53,175 bases of DNA from Cyanobacteriota bacterium (GTDB lineage Bacteria; Cyanobacteriota; Cyanobacteriia; PCC-6307; Cyanobiaceae). Below the pieces are notes generated by a model that was not told the origin of the DNA, ran no database searches, and was given only the letters and a program-made list of their open reading frames with translations. Positions 17,567 through 27,081 of this stretch are shown piece after piece; position 1 is the stretch's first letter; the number at the start of each line of letters is the position of its first letter. The DNA lies in the NCBI GenBank assembly GCA_046052125.1, contig JBJOMY010000009.1:1-53175 (forward strand), written 5' to 3'. The position numbers were made by a program, and so were the translations under genes.

Positions 17567-19777
17567 TCAGCCGAACTTGCCTGAGGTGGAGGCGATCAGG
17601 AAGGCGGCGTAGGTCACGAAGTAGCCCACGGTGAAGTGAGCCAGACCAACCACACGGGCCTGAACGATCGAGAGAGCCACAGGCTTGTCGCGCCAGCCCA
17701 CCAGGTTGGCGAGCGGAGTGCGCTGGTGAGCCCAGACGATGGTCTCGATCAGTTCCTGCCAGTAACCGCGCCAGGAGATCAGGAACATGAAGCCGGTGGC
17801 CCAGATCAGGTGACCGAACAGGAACATCCAGGCCCAGACGGCGAGGTTGTTGCTGCCATACGGGTTGTAACCGTTGATCAGCTGAGAGGAGTTGAGCCAC
17901 AGATAGTCGCGGAACCAGCCCATCAGATAGGTGCTGGATTCGTTGAACTGAGCCACGTTGCCCTGCCAGATGGCGAGGTGCTTCCAGTGCCAGTAGAAGG
18001 TGAGCCAACCCACGGTGTTCAGGGCCCAGAAGACAGCCAGATAGAAGGCGTCCCAGGCACTGATGTCGCAGGTGCCGCCACGGCCGGGGCCGTCGCAGGG
18101 GAAGGAGTAACCGAAGTCCTTCTTGTCGGGCATCAGCTTGGAGCCACGGGCATCCAGAGCACCCTTCACCAGGATCAGGGTGGTGGTGTGCAGACCCAGA
18201 GCGATGGCGTGGTGAACCAGGAAGTCACCAGGGCCGATCTGCAGGAACAGATCGTTGCCGCCGTCGTTGATGGCATCCATCCAACCGCCCATGTAGGCAG
18301 CGCTGGCATTGCTAGCGGCGCTAGCACCATTGGAAAGGAGCACATCGAAGCCGTACATGGCCTTGCCGGAGGCAGCCTGCACGAACTGGGCGAACACGGG
18401 CTCCACCAGGATCTGCTTCTCGGGGGTACCGAAGGCAACAACCACGTCGTTGTGGACGTAGAGGCCGAGGGTGTGGAAACCGAGGAACAGGGAGACCCAG
18501 CTCAGGTGGCTGATGATCGCTTCTTTGTGCTCGAGCATCCGAGCAAGAACGTTGTTCTTGTTGGCCTCGGGGTCGTAATCACGGATGAAGAAGATCGCAC
18601 CGTGAGCGAAGGCACCGCACATCAGGAAGATGGCGATGTACTGGTGGTGGGTGTAGAGGGCAGCTTGTGTCGTGTAGTCCTTCGCGATGAACGCGTAGGA
18701 CGGCATCGAATACATGTGCTGCGCCACCAGGCTGGTCACAACGCCCAGGGAAGCCAGGGCCAGACCGAGCTGGAAGTGGAGCGAGTTGTTGATGGTGTCG
18801 TAGAGACCCTTGTGGCCAGCGCCGAGGTCACCAGGGGTGCCCTTGGGCGGGTTGTGGGCTTCGAGGATCTCGCGGATCGAGTGGCCGATACCGAAGTTGG
18901 TCCGGTACATGTGGCCGGCGATCACAAACAGACAGCCGATCGCCAGGTGGTGATGGGCAATGTCGGTGAGCCAGAGAGCCTCACTCTGAGGGTGGAAACC
19001 ACCCAGGAAGGTGAGGATCGCGGTGCCTGCGCCTTCTGAAGTACCGAACACCTGATAGGCGGTGTCGGGGTTCGCGGCGTAAACGCCCCAGTTACCGGTG
19101 AAGAACGGAGCCAGACCGGCGGGGTGAGGCAGCACGTTGAGGAAGTTGTCCCAACCCACGTGCTGACCGCGGGATTCAGGAATCGCCACGTGCACGAGGT
19201 GACCGGCCCAAGCGATGGAGCTGAAGCCGAACAGCACCGCGAGGTGGTGGTTCAGGCGGGATTCAGCGTTCTTGAACCAGGCCAGGGAAGGCCGGAACTT
19301 GGGCTGCAGGTGCAGCCAGCCAGCGAACAGAGCCCAGGCCGACAGGATCATCATGAAGATGGAACCCTGATACAGCTCGGCGTTGGTGCGCATGCCGATG
19401 GTGTACCACCAGTGGTACACGCCGGAGTACGCAATGTTCACCGGGGAGGAGGCGCCAGCCTGGGTGAAGGCTGTGATGGCGCCCTGGCCGAAGTGGGGAT
19501 CCCAGATCGCGTGAGCTATGGGACGGACATGCAGAGGATCGGCGACCCACTGCTCGAAGTTGCCCTGCCAGGCGACGTGGAACAGGTTGCCCGAAACCCA
19601 GAGGCCGATGATCGCGAGGTGACCGAAATGGGTGGAGAAAAGCTTTTGGTAAAGCTTTTCCTCCGTCATTCCGTCATGGCTCTCGAAGTCGTGAGCCGTG
19701 GCGATCCCGTACCAAATACGACGGGTTGTCGGGTCCTGTGCCAGACCCTGGCTGAACGAAGGAAATTTCGTTGCCAT
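17567..19777 (-). CDS. psaB: Photosystem I P700 apoprotein A2
   Basis: [24 protein letters not shown] motif [13 protein letters not shown]. Confidence 0.99.
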   Translation of the reverse strand: MATKFPSFSQGLAQDPTTRRIWYGIATAHDFESHDGMTEEKLYQKLFSTHFGHLAIIGLWVSGNLFHVAWQGNFEQWVADPLHVRPIAHAIWDPHFGQGAITAFTQAGASSPVNIAYSGVYHWWYTIGMRTNAELYQGSIFMMILSAWALFAGWLHLQPKFRPSLAWFKNAESRLNHHLAVLFGFSSIAWAGHLVHVAIPESRGQHVGWDNFLNVLPHPAGLAPFFTGNWGVYAANPDTAYQVFGTSEGAGTAILTFLGGFHPQSEALWLTDIAHHHLAIGCLFVIAGHMYRTNFGIGHSIREILEAHNPPKGTPGDLGAGHKGLYDTINNSLHFQLGLALASLGVVTSLVAQHMYSMPSYAFIAKDYTTQAALYTHHQYIAIFLMCGAFAHGAIFFIRDYDPEANKNNVLARMLEHKEAIISHLSWVSLFLGFHTLGLYVHNDVVVAFGTPEKQILVEPVFAQFVQAASGKAMYGFDVLLSNGASAASNASAAYMGGWMDAINDGGNDLFLQIGPGDFLVHHAIALGLHTTTLILVKGALDARGSKLMPDKKDFGYSFPCDGPGRGGTCDISAWDAFYLAVFWALNTVGWLTFYWHWKHLAIWQGNVAQFNESSTYLMGWFRDYLWLNSSQLINGYNPYGSNNLAVWAWMFLFGHLIWATGFMFLISWRGYWQELIETIVWAHQRTPLANLVGWRDKPVALSIVQARVVGLAHFTVGYFVTYAAFLIASTSGKFG

Positions 19778-19796
19778 TGGGAAAGGTCAGGAGAGG

Positions 19797-22100
19797 TCAG
19801 CCGACCGCAATGATGCGGGCCAGGAAGAACGACCAGGTGGTCGCGATGCCGCCCAGCAGATAGTGGGCAACACCGACGGCACGACCCTGGGTGATGGAGA
19901 GCGCCCGCGGCTGAATGGCGGGAGCAACCTTCAGCTTGTTGTGAGCCCAGACGATGGACTCAATCAGCTCTTGCCAGTAGCCACGGCCACTGAACAGGAA
20001 CATCAGGCTGAACGCCCAGACGAAGTGGGCACCCAGGAACATCAGACCGTAGGCACTGGTGGCAGAGCCATAGCTGTTGATCACCTGTGCGGCCTGAGCC
20101 CACAGGAAGTCACGCAGCCAGCCGTTGATCGTGATGGCGCTGTTGGCGAAGTTGCCGTTGGTGATGTGAGACACGGTTCCGTCAGCGTTGACGGTGCCCC
20201 ACACGTCGCTCTGCATCTTCCAGGAGAAGTGGAAGATGACGATCGACAGGGAGTTGTACATCCAGAACAGGCCCAGGAACACGTGGTCCCAAGCCGACAC
20301 CTGGCAGGTACCGCCACGGCCGGGGCCGTCGCAGGGGAAGCGGAAGCCGAGGTTCGCCTTATCGGGAACCAGGCGGCTGCTGCGGGCATACAGAACGCCC
20401 TTCAGCAGGATCAGCACCGTCACGTGAATAGTGAAGGCGTGAATGTGGTGGACCATGAAGTCGGCCGTTCCCAGGGGGATCGGACCGGCGGCCACCTTGC
20501 CACCCACAGCCACCACGGTGCCGTTGAACACTTCGCTCACGCCGGCGAGGGCGTTGGGAGCGGTGCTACCGGCAGCAGCGGCGTGCAGACCCTGGATCCA
20601 CTGCGCGAAGACGGGCTTCAGAGCAATGGCGGAGTCGCTGAACATGTCCTGGGGACGGCCCAGAGCACGCATGGTGTCGTTGTGGATGTAGAGGCCGAAG
20701 CTGTGGAAGCCCAGCCAGATGCACACCCAGTTGAGGTGGGAGATCAGGGCATCGCGAGCCTTGAGCACCCGGTCGAGCACGTTGTCCACGTGCTTGGCGG
20801 GGTCGTAGTCGCGGATCATCGCGATGGCGGCGTGGGCGCCGGCACCAACGATCAGGAAGCCACCGATCCAGGTGTGGTGGGTGAAGATCGACAGCTGGGT
20901 CGGGTAGTCGATGCCGATGTAGGGATACGGAGGCATCGCATACATGTGCTGAGCCACGATGATGCTCAGCGAACCCATCAGAGCCAGGTTCACAGCCAGC
21001 TGGGCGTGCCAGCTGGTGGTCATGAACTCGTAGAGACCGTCATGACCATTGGAGGCGGGGAACAGCAGGGGGTCGCCCTTCTGGCCCTCGAGGATCTCCT
21101 TGATGCTGTGACCGATGCCCCAGTTGGTCCGGTACATGTGACCGGCCACGATGAACAGCACCGCAATCGCCAGGTGGTGGTGAGCGATATCGCTCATCCA
21201 CAGGCTGCCGGTTACAGGATTCAGACCACCTTTAAAGGTGAGGAAATCGCTGTAAGCGGCCCAGTTGCCAGTGAAGAAGGCATTGATGCCTGCACCGAAA
21301 CCAGGGAACAGCTGGGCGATGAGGTCCTGATTCAGGAACTCGTGGGGGAGGGGGATGTCGGCGTAGGTGGCGATGGTCTTGCCGTTGAGCGCCAGCGGCT
21401 TGCCGGCGTCGATGGCATCCATCAGCGCAGTCGTGGGCAGGGACACATGGATCAGGTGTCCAGCCCAGGACAGGGAGCCCAGACCAAGCAGACCGGCCAG
21501 ATGGTGGTTGAGCATCGACTCAACGTTCTGGAACCACTCGAGCTTGGGAGCTGCCTTGTGGTAGTGGAAAACGCCGGCGTTGAGCATGAGGCCAGCCATC
21601 ACCAGAGCGCCGATGGCCAGTGCCATCAGCTGGGTGGTGTTGGTGATGCCCCAGGCCCGCCACACATGGAAGAGGCCGGAGGTGATCTGAATGCCGTGGA
21701 AGCCGGCACCCACATCGCCATTGAGGATTTCTTGGCCGAACACGGGCCAAACCACCTGCGCACTGGGTTTCACGTGCGTGGGGTCGGCCAGCCAGCCGGT
21801 GTAGTTGGAGAAGCGGGCGCCGTGGAAGAAGGCACCGCTCAGCCAAATGAAGATGACGGCCAGGTGACCGAAGTGGGCCGAAAAGATCTTCCGGCTGACC
21901 TCTTCGAGATCACTGGTGTGGCTGTCGAAGTCGTGAGCGTTGGCGTGGAGGTTCCAAACCCACGTGGTGGTTTTGGGACCTTTGGCGAGGCTGCGATCGA
22001 AATGGCCGGGCTTACCGAACAGTTCGAAGGTGGCCGGGTTGTTCACCCGGTCGACCTGGGCTTTCGCCGTTTTCCCACGCTCTGGTGGGCTGATGGTCAT
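19797..22100 (-). CDS. psaA: Photosystem I P700 apoprotein A1
   Basis: Starts MTISPPERG at ATG 22100 with [20 protein letters not shown]; 767 aa. Confidence 0.99.
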   Translation of the reverse strand: MTISPPERGKTAKAQVDRVNNPATFELFGKPGHFDRSLAKGPKTTTWVWNLHANAHDFDSHTSDLEEVSRKIFSAHFGHLAVIFIWLSGAFFHGARFSNYTGWLADPTHVKPSAQVVWPVFGQEILNGDVGAGFHGIQITSGLFHVWRAWGITNTTQLMALAIGALVMAGLMLNAGVFHYHKAAPKLEWFQNVESMLNHHLAGLLGLGSLSWAGHLIHVSLPTTALMDAIDAGKPLALNGKTIATYADIPLPHEFLNQDLIAQLFPGFGAGINAFFTGNWAAYSDFLTFKGGLNPVTGSLWMSDIAHHHLAIAVLFIVAGHMYRTNWGIGHSIKEILEGQKGDPLLFPASNGHDGLYEFMTTSWHAQLAVNLALMGSLSIIVAQHMYAMPPYPYIGIDYPTQLSIFTHHTWIGGFLIVGAGAHAAIAMIRDYDPAKHVDNVLDRVLKARDALISHLNWVCIWLGFHSFGLYIHNDTMRALGRPQDMFSDSAIALKPVFAQWIQGLHAAAAGSTAPNALAGVSEVFNGTVVAVGGKVAAGPIPLGTADFMVHHIHAFTIHVTVLILLKGVLYARSSRLVPDKANLGFRFPCDGPGRGGTCQVSAWDHVFLGLFWMYNSLSIVIFHFSWKMQSDVWGTVNADGTVSHITNGNFANSAITINGWLRDFLWAQAAQVINSYGSATSAYGLMFLGAHFVWAFSLMFLFSGRGYWQELIESIVWAHNKLKVAPAIQPRALSITQGRAVGVAHYLLGGIATTWSFFLARIIAVG

Positions 22101-22367
22101 CGAGACGTTCCTCGAGGGACGGGATCGAGGTGGAGGTCCACCCTTCCGGTCTGCAGCGCCGGACGAGCCGGCAGGAGCTGACCAGTGGAGCCACGGACGC
22201 AGCGGCAAAGCCGCGTTCGCCCATGGGCGCCAGACGGAAGAGAAGGCTCAGCCGAAGCCGAAACCCCTTTTCGTGACTGGAGCTTGGGCCCCAGAAAGGG
22301 GACCGCTGGCGGAAGTATAAAAGTGAATTCCAAGCCCTTTGACCCGTCAGTTACAAAGGTTCAATCC
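22101..22367 (-). promoter_or_regulatory. psaAB promoter and about 200-nt structured 5' leader
   Basis: -10 TATACT (22314-22319), HLR1-like GTTACAAA-gg-TTCA from 22350, hairpin CCCCTTT/AAAGGGG (22264-22301). Confidence 0.6.
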
Positions 22368-22567
22368 GGAACCGGGCCAGTCAGGGACTGAGCTCTCGCG
22401 GAAGAAAACCATCAGCGAAAAAACGCGAGTTTGCGGGATTTAAATACTCATCCAGCAGTAATTAATACCGCGTTCTTGATAGCAATCAACACTTGCAGGG
22501 CCTGTTGTTGTGCGCAACGCTGCAGAATGTGGTGAACAGCTCCACCCGAGCATCAGGAGGAAACGGC

Positions 22568-23935
22568 ATGCTGGCGGCACCGCGGCGGGCTTTTGTGGCC
22601 CTGGTGCTGGTGGTTCTCACTCTGGTGAGTGGGGGCTGCGTCAGCAAATCAAGGTCGGCCCCAGCCTCGGGCGCTGCAGCAACCCTGCCCGCCTCGGCCC
22701 CTTCAGGCGCCCTGCAGGAAGTGGCACCGCCCGGTGCGGTGCAACAACTCAATGAGCGACTCAACGAACGCTCCCCCCAGGTGCGGGTGCTCGGCCCAGC
22801 CGATAACGCTCTATTGCCGGCTGGGCCCTGGACGCTTCAACTGCAGGTGAGCGACTGGCCCCTGGCTGATGCCGGCGACCTGGGGCTCGGCCCCCACCTG
22901 GTGGTGCAACTCGACGACCAGGAGCCACTGCGCATCAGCAGCCGAGACGCTGCCGCCAACATCGCCATGCCCGATCTGCGGCCGGGCAGCCACCGGGTCA
23001 CCGTGTATGCCGCCAGGCCCTGGGGCGAAGCCGTGAAGGCTCCTGGAGCCAGTGCCCAGATCCGCATCCACCGTGTGGCCCGAAACGCCGCCGAGCTGCC
23101 CAGCAGCGGCAGTGCTCAGCTGATCGCCGCTAGCCCCGATGCCCTGCAACAGGTGGAGCCGGTGCTGGTGGACTGGCTGCTACTGGATGCCCCCCTGCAG
23201 AACCTGCGTGGTGATGACGCCCGCTGGCGCCTGCGGATCAGCGTGAATGGCGACAGCTTCCTGGTGGACCGCCAAACACCTCTGTGGCTGAAAGGGTTCA
23301 AGCGAGGCAGCAATGCCGTGCAGCTGGAATTGCTCGATGGCCGCGGTGACCCGCTGAACCCACCGTTTAACAGTGTGGTGCGCGAGGTGGTGATCGGATC
23401 GGGCAGCAGACCAGCCTGGTTGAAGCCCAGCCTTTCGGCAGCGGAGCTCGCGCGCCTGGCAGGCGAGCAGCCAGCCCCGGAACCCCTCAGCGCACCAGAA
23501 CCTGCGCCAGTGGCGGCCCCTGCAGCCGAGCCTCCTGCGCCCGCCGTGCCATCAGCGGAACCCGAAGCCGCACCTGAGCAGGCGGCGAGCCCTAAGCCGG
23601 AAGCCACCCCAGCCGCTCCGCTCGACGAGCCCCCAGTGGAAGCGGACAGCGCCACCTCTGATGAAGCAGCCGTTGCGGCAGCGCCGATCGCACCGGCGCT
23701 GGAACCGGCACCGGAACCGGAAGACACCCACTCTCCGGCAACCGAACCCGCTAGCGAGCCACCAGCAGCTGAACCCACTCCGGCCGATCCCGCCCCCATC
23801 GCCGCCAGCGAGCGGCTCGCCCCCCAAACCCGACTCAGCGGATCGGCACGCGAGCAGGTGAATGCCGATGGCTCCCTGCAACAACCACCCTCCCGGGGTC
23901 CACTAGCTGGGCTGCGGGAGAAGCTGGGGGGATGA
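22568..23935 (+). CDS. Hypothetical lipoprotein with Pro/Ala/Glu-rich C-terminal region
   Basis: Signal peptide with lipobox-like LTLVSGGC; folded core (GLGPHLVVQLD, PGSHRVTVYAARPWGEAVK); PEPAP-rich tail; stop overlaps cobJ start. Confidence 0.8.
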   Translation: MLAAPRRAFVALVLVVLTLVSGGCVSKSRSAPASGAAATLPASAPSGALQEVAPPGAVQQLNERLNERSPQVRVLGPADNALLPAGPWTLQLQVSDWPLADAGDLGLGPHLVVQLDDQEPLRISSRDAAANIAMPDLRPGSHRVTVYAARPWGEAVKAPGASAQIRIHRVARNAAELPSSGSAQLIAASPDALQQVEPVLVDWLLLDAPLQNLRGDDARWRLRISVNGDSFLVDRQTPLWLKGFKRGSNAVQLELLDGRGDPLNPPFNSVVREVVIGSGSRPAWLKPSLSAAELARLAGEQPAPEPLSAPEPAPVAAPAAEPPAPAVPSAEPEAAPEQAASPKPEATPAAPLDEPPVEADSATSDEAAVAAAPIAPALEPAPEPEDTHSPATEPASEPPAAEPTPADPAPIAASERLAPQTRLSGSAREQVNADGSLQQPPSRGPLAGLREKLGG

Positions 23936-25710
23936 GTGAACGCCTGAGCTGGGGCTTTGCCCTCAGTACCGCCTCCTTTCCTGTCCTGCGTCAGCTGCTG
24001 GACCGGGGAGTCATCGATCGGATCGCCAGTCCAGCCGATGGGAAGTGCTGGGAGTCCGGCGATCTGCAACGCCTGCTTGAGAGCGAATGGCCGCGCAGCC
24101 GAGCCTTCGTGGCGGTGGGAGCCTGCGGTGCGATCACCCGGTTGATTGCACCGCTGCTCAGCGATAAACACCAGGATCCCGCGGTGGTGGTGGTGGATGC
24201 GCAGGGGCGCCATGCGATCCCGCTCCTGGGGGGGCACGCCGCCGGCGCCGACCAGCTGGCCATCGCAGTAGCAGCCCTTCTTGGCGGCGAAGCGGTGCTC
24301 ACCGGCGGATCAGCCAGCAGCGGCCGCCTTGCCCTCGATAGCTTCGGTGCGGCCTGGGGCTGGCGCCGCGGCTCAGGCGACTGGGATCAGCTGATGAAAA
24401 CCGCTGCCCGCGGTGAGCCCATCGAGCTCGAGCACCACGCCGGCAGCCCGCGCTGGCAACAGTTGCAGGGCTTGCCCAGCTCGAGCGCCGGTGGATCCCA
24501 CCTGAGCGTTGGCGTCGAACGCAGCGATCACTGCCGCTGGCATCCGCCGGCCCTTTGGGTAGGGATGGGCTGCGAACGCGGCACCAGCCTCGAGCTGCTG
24601 CGGCGGGCGCTCCAGCAAGGGCTTGCGGCTGCAGGGCTGGCGATCGAGGCCGTGGCTGGCCTGGCCAGTGCCGATCGCAAAGCCGATGAGCCAGCCCTGT
24701 TGCAACTGGCCGAGGAACACGGCTGGCCCCTGCGCTGTTTCAGCAGCGCAGAGCTGAGGACCGTGGCTGTTCCCAACCCCTCAGACGTGGTGGAGGCGGA
24801 GCTGGGCACCGCCAGCGTGGCCGAAGCTGCTGCGCTGCTGGCCTGCGGACCCCGAGCGCGCCTTCGGGTGGAGAAACAGATCGAACGGGCCGCCACAGCT
24901 GAGCAGGGCGCCGCCACCATCGCCGTCGCGCAAGCCGCTCAGCAATGGGCCCCCCAGCGAGGCACGCTGCACCTGATCGGCAGCGGACCGGGCAGCCTGG
25001 CGCTGCTCACCCCCGATGCCCGCGCAGCCCTGGCGGAGAGCAGCGTGTGGGTGGGCTACGGCCTCTATCTGGATTTGCTCGAGCCCCTGCGCCGGCCCGA
25101 TCAATTACGCAGTGATGGCCAGCTCACCCAGGAGCGTGAGCGCTGCCGCGAAGCGCTGGAGCTGGCCTGCCAGGGGCTCACGGTGGCCCTGGTGTCGTCG
25201 GGGGATAGCGGCATTTACGGCATGGCCGGCCTGGCCCTGGAGCAATGGATGGCCCTGGCGGAGCAGGATCGGCCCGCCTTCCAGGTGCACCCGGGGATTT
25301 CCGCGCTCCAGCTGGCGGCGGCACGGGCCGGCGCACCGCTGATGCACGATTTCTGCACCGTGAGCCTGAGCGATCGCCTCACCCCGTGGGAGGTGATCGA
25401 GCGGCGGCTGCAGGCTGCAGCGGCCGGCGATTTCGTGGTGGCGCTCTACAACCCGCGCTCCAAGGGGCGCGATTGGCAGCTGGGCCGGGCGCAGGAGCTG
25501 CTTCTCGCTGAGCGGGCGCCCCACACGCCGGTGGTTCTGGCTCGCCAACTGGGCCGCGAAGAGGAAGCCGTGAGCCTGCACGAACTGTCAACGCTGCCGC
25601 TCGAGCAGGTGGACATGCTCACCCTGGTGCTAATTGGCAACAGCAGCAGCCGAGTAGAAGGCGGCCGGATGGTGACCCCGCGGGGCTACCCGGGCGCCGA
25701 GCTCAGCTGA
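23932..25710 (+). CDS. cobJ: Fused CbiG / precorrin-3B C17-methyltransferase
   Basis: CbiG motifs (DKHQDPAVVV, LLGGHAAGA, GMGCERG, SVAEAAAL) then CobJ/CbiH motifs (GSGPG, SSGDSGIYGMAG, HDFCTVSLSDRLTPW, TPRGY). Confidence 0.93.
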   Translation: MSERLSWGFALSTASFPVLRQLLDRGVIDRIASPADGKCWESGDLQRLLESEWPRSRAFVAVGACGAITRLIAPLLSDKHQDPAVVVVDAQGRHAIPLLGGHAAGADQLAIAVAALLGGEAVLTGGSASSGRLALDSFGAAWGWRRGSGDWDQLMKTAARGEPIELEHHAGSPRWQQLQGLPSSSAGGSHLSVGVERSDHCRWHPPALWVGMGCERGTSLELLRRALQQGLAAAGLAIEAVAGLASADRKADEPALLQLAEEHGWPLRCFSSAELRTVAVPNPSDVVEAELGTASVAEAAALLACGPRARLRVEKQIERAATAEQGAATIAVAQAAQQWAPQRGTLHLIGSGPGSLALLTPDARAALAESSVWVGYGLYLDLLEPLRRPDQLRSDGQLTQERERCREALELACQGLTVALVSSGDSGIYGMAGLALEQWMALAEQDRPAFQVHPGISALQLAAARAGAPLMHDFCTVSLSDRLTPWEVIERRLQAAAAGDFVVALYNPRSKGRDWQLGRAQELLLAERAPHTPVVLARQLGREEEAVSLHELSTLPLEQVDMLTLVLIGNSSSRVEGGRMVTPRGYPGAELS

Positions 25711-25713
25711 AAG

Positions 25714-25787
25714 TCGGGATGACAGGATTCGAACCTGCGGCCCCTTCGTCCCGAACGAAGTGCGCTACCAAGCTGCGCTACATCCCG
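25714..25787 (-). tRNA. trnP: tRNA-Pro (CGG)
   Basis: CGGGATGTAGCGCAGCTTGGTAGCGCACTTCGTTCGGGACGAAGGGGCCGCAGGTTCGAATCCTGTCATCCCGA; anticodon arm CTTCG-TTCGGGA-CGAAG. Confidence 0.97.
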
Positions 25788-25899
25788 ATGCCGGGAGTGT
25801 AGGAGATGGCCGCCCGGCCAGGGTTCTGGGGGCCTGAGCCCCGCTGCTCCGGTTTCTAGAGTTGCAGGCTGATCTGCGCCTGCGGGCGGAAGTGGCGCT

Positions 25900-26769
25900 G
25901 TGCTCAAACCCGACTGGCTGCGTGTGAAAGCTCCACAGCGGGAGCGGATCGGCGAGGTGGCCGATCTGCTGCTGGATCTCAAGCTCAACACGGTGTGTCA
26001 GGAGGCCAGCTGCCCCAACATCGGCGAGTGCTTCGCCGGCGGCACCGCCACCTTTTTGATCATGGGGCCGGGCTGCACCCGCGCCTGTCCCTATTGCGAC
26101 ATCGACTTCGACAAAAGCGTTCGCGCCCTCGACCCCACCGAGCCCGAACGGCTGGGCGAAGCGGTGGCCCGCCTCGGGCTGAAGCACGTGGTGATCACCT
26201 CGGTGAACCGCGACGACCTGGCCGATGGCGGGGCGAGCCAGTTTGTGGCCTGCATCGAGCAGGTCAAGCAGCGCTCACCACTCACCACGATCGAGCTGCT
26301 GATCCCGGATTTCTGCGGCAACTGGGAGGCCCTGGCCGTGGTGATGGACGCCGCACCCCATGTGCTGAACCACAACATCGAAACCGTGCCGCGGCTCTAC
26401 AAAAAAGCGCGGCCCCAGGGGATCTACGAGCGTTCGCTGGAGCTGCTGCAGCGGGTGCGCCAGGGCTGGCCCAAGGCCTACAGCAAGTCCGGCCTGATGG
26501 TGGGTCTGGGGGAAAGCGATGCCGAGGTGCTGGAGGTGTTGGCCGATCTGCGCCGCCATCAGGTGGACATCGTGACCATCGGCCAATACCTCTCGCCCGG
26601 GCCCAAACACCTGCCGGTGGATCGCTTCGTGACGCCGGAGCAATTTGAGGCTTTCCGGCGCCACGGCGAGGAGGAGCTGGGGTTCCTGCAAGTGGTGAGC
26701 ACACCGCTCACCCGCAGCAGCTATCACGCCGGCGAGGTGCAGCGGCTGATGGCCCAACACCCCCGCTAG
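25900..26769 (+). CDS. lipA: Lipoyl synthase
   Basis: [41 protein letters not shown]. Confidence 0.97.
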   Translation: MLKPDWLRVKAPQRERIGEVADLLLDLKLNTVCQEASCPNIGECFAGGTATFLIMGPGCTRACPYCDIDFDKSVRALDPTEPERLGEAVARLGLKHVVITSVNRDDLADGGASQFVACIEQVKQRSPLTTIELLIPDFCGNWEALAVVMDAAPHVLNHNIETVPRLYKKARPQGIYERSLELLQRVRQGWPKAYSKSGLMVGLGESDAEVLEVLADLRRHQVDIVTIGQYLSPGPKHLPVDRFVTPEQFEAFRRHGEEELGFLQVVSTPLTRSSYHAGEVQRLMAQHPR

Positions 26770-26954
26770 GGCTCGAGCAGGAATTCCGATTCCAGAGCGC
26801 AGGCTTCCACCGCCAGCGGGCCAGCGGCCAGCTCATCGATGCGGGCGTTCACCAGGCTCACGGGAGCCGGAAGCTGAGCGCAGTGCTCGAGGAAGGCCAC
26901 CGCCATCTGGCGGGCAAACAGCTGCTGGATCTGCTGAGCGAACTCGGGAGGCAT
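26766..26954 (-). CDS. 62-aa hypothetical protein
   Basis: ATG 26954 downstream of -10-like TAGCTT (26978-26983); fills gap between GOGAT and lipA; stop overlaps lipA stop. Confidence 0.45.
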   Translation of the reverse strand: MPPEFAQQIQQLFARQMAVAFLEHCAQLPAPVSLVNARIDELAAGPLAVEACALESEFLLEP

Positions 26955-27019
26955 GGCTGCCGGTGCGGTTGCAAGCAAGCTATGCAGCCCAGTGAGGGAG
27001 AGAGATCGGGCCAACCGAA

Positions 27020-27048
27020 CCCGCCGGTGGGGCGAACCGACCGGCGGG
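27020..27048 (-). terminator. Hairpin downstream of GOGAT gene (weak terminator or 3' stabiliser)
   Basis: Perfect 9-bp stem CCCGCCGGT/ACCGGCGGG; only a short U run follows. Confidence 0.45.
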
Positions 27049-27081
27049 AGCGTGAACCGAACCGAAGCGCCGGCTAACCGA

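Noticed and set aside
17636..22181. Long plus-strand ORFs (467 and 827 aa) opposite psaB/psaA
   Set aside because: Antisense shadows of highly biased GC-rich genes; no recognisable motifs.
22457..22470. GTA...TAC upstream of psaA as an NtcA site
   Set aside because: Spacer is 5 nt, not the 8 nt of GTA-N8-TAC; I also found no convincing NtcA site upstream of GOGAT.
23460..23810. Repeat-like DNA as possible CRISPR or tandem repeat
   Set aside because: Degenerate codons of a Pro/Ala/Glu-rich protein tail; no constant repeat-spacer pattern and no cas genes.
25711..25899. tRNA-Pro as an integration site
   Set aside because: Flanked directly by cobJ and lipA; no integrase, duplication or foreign DNA.
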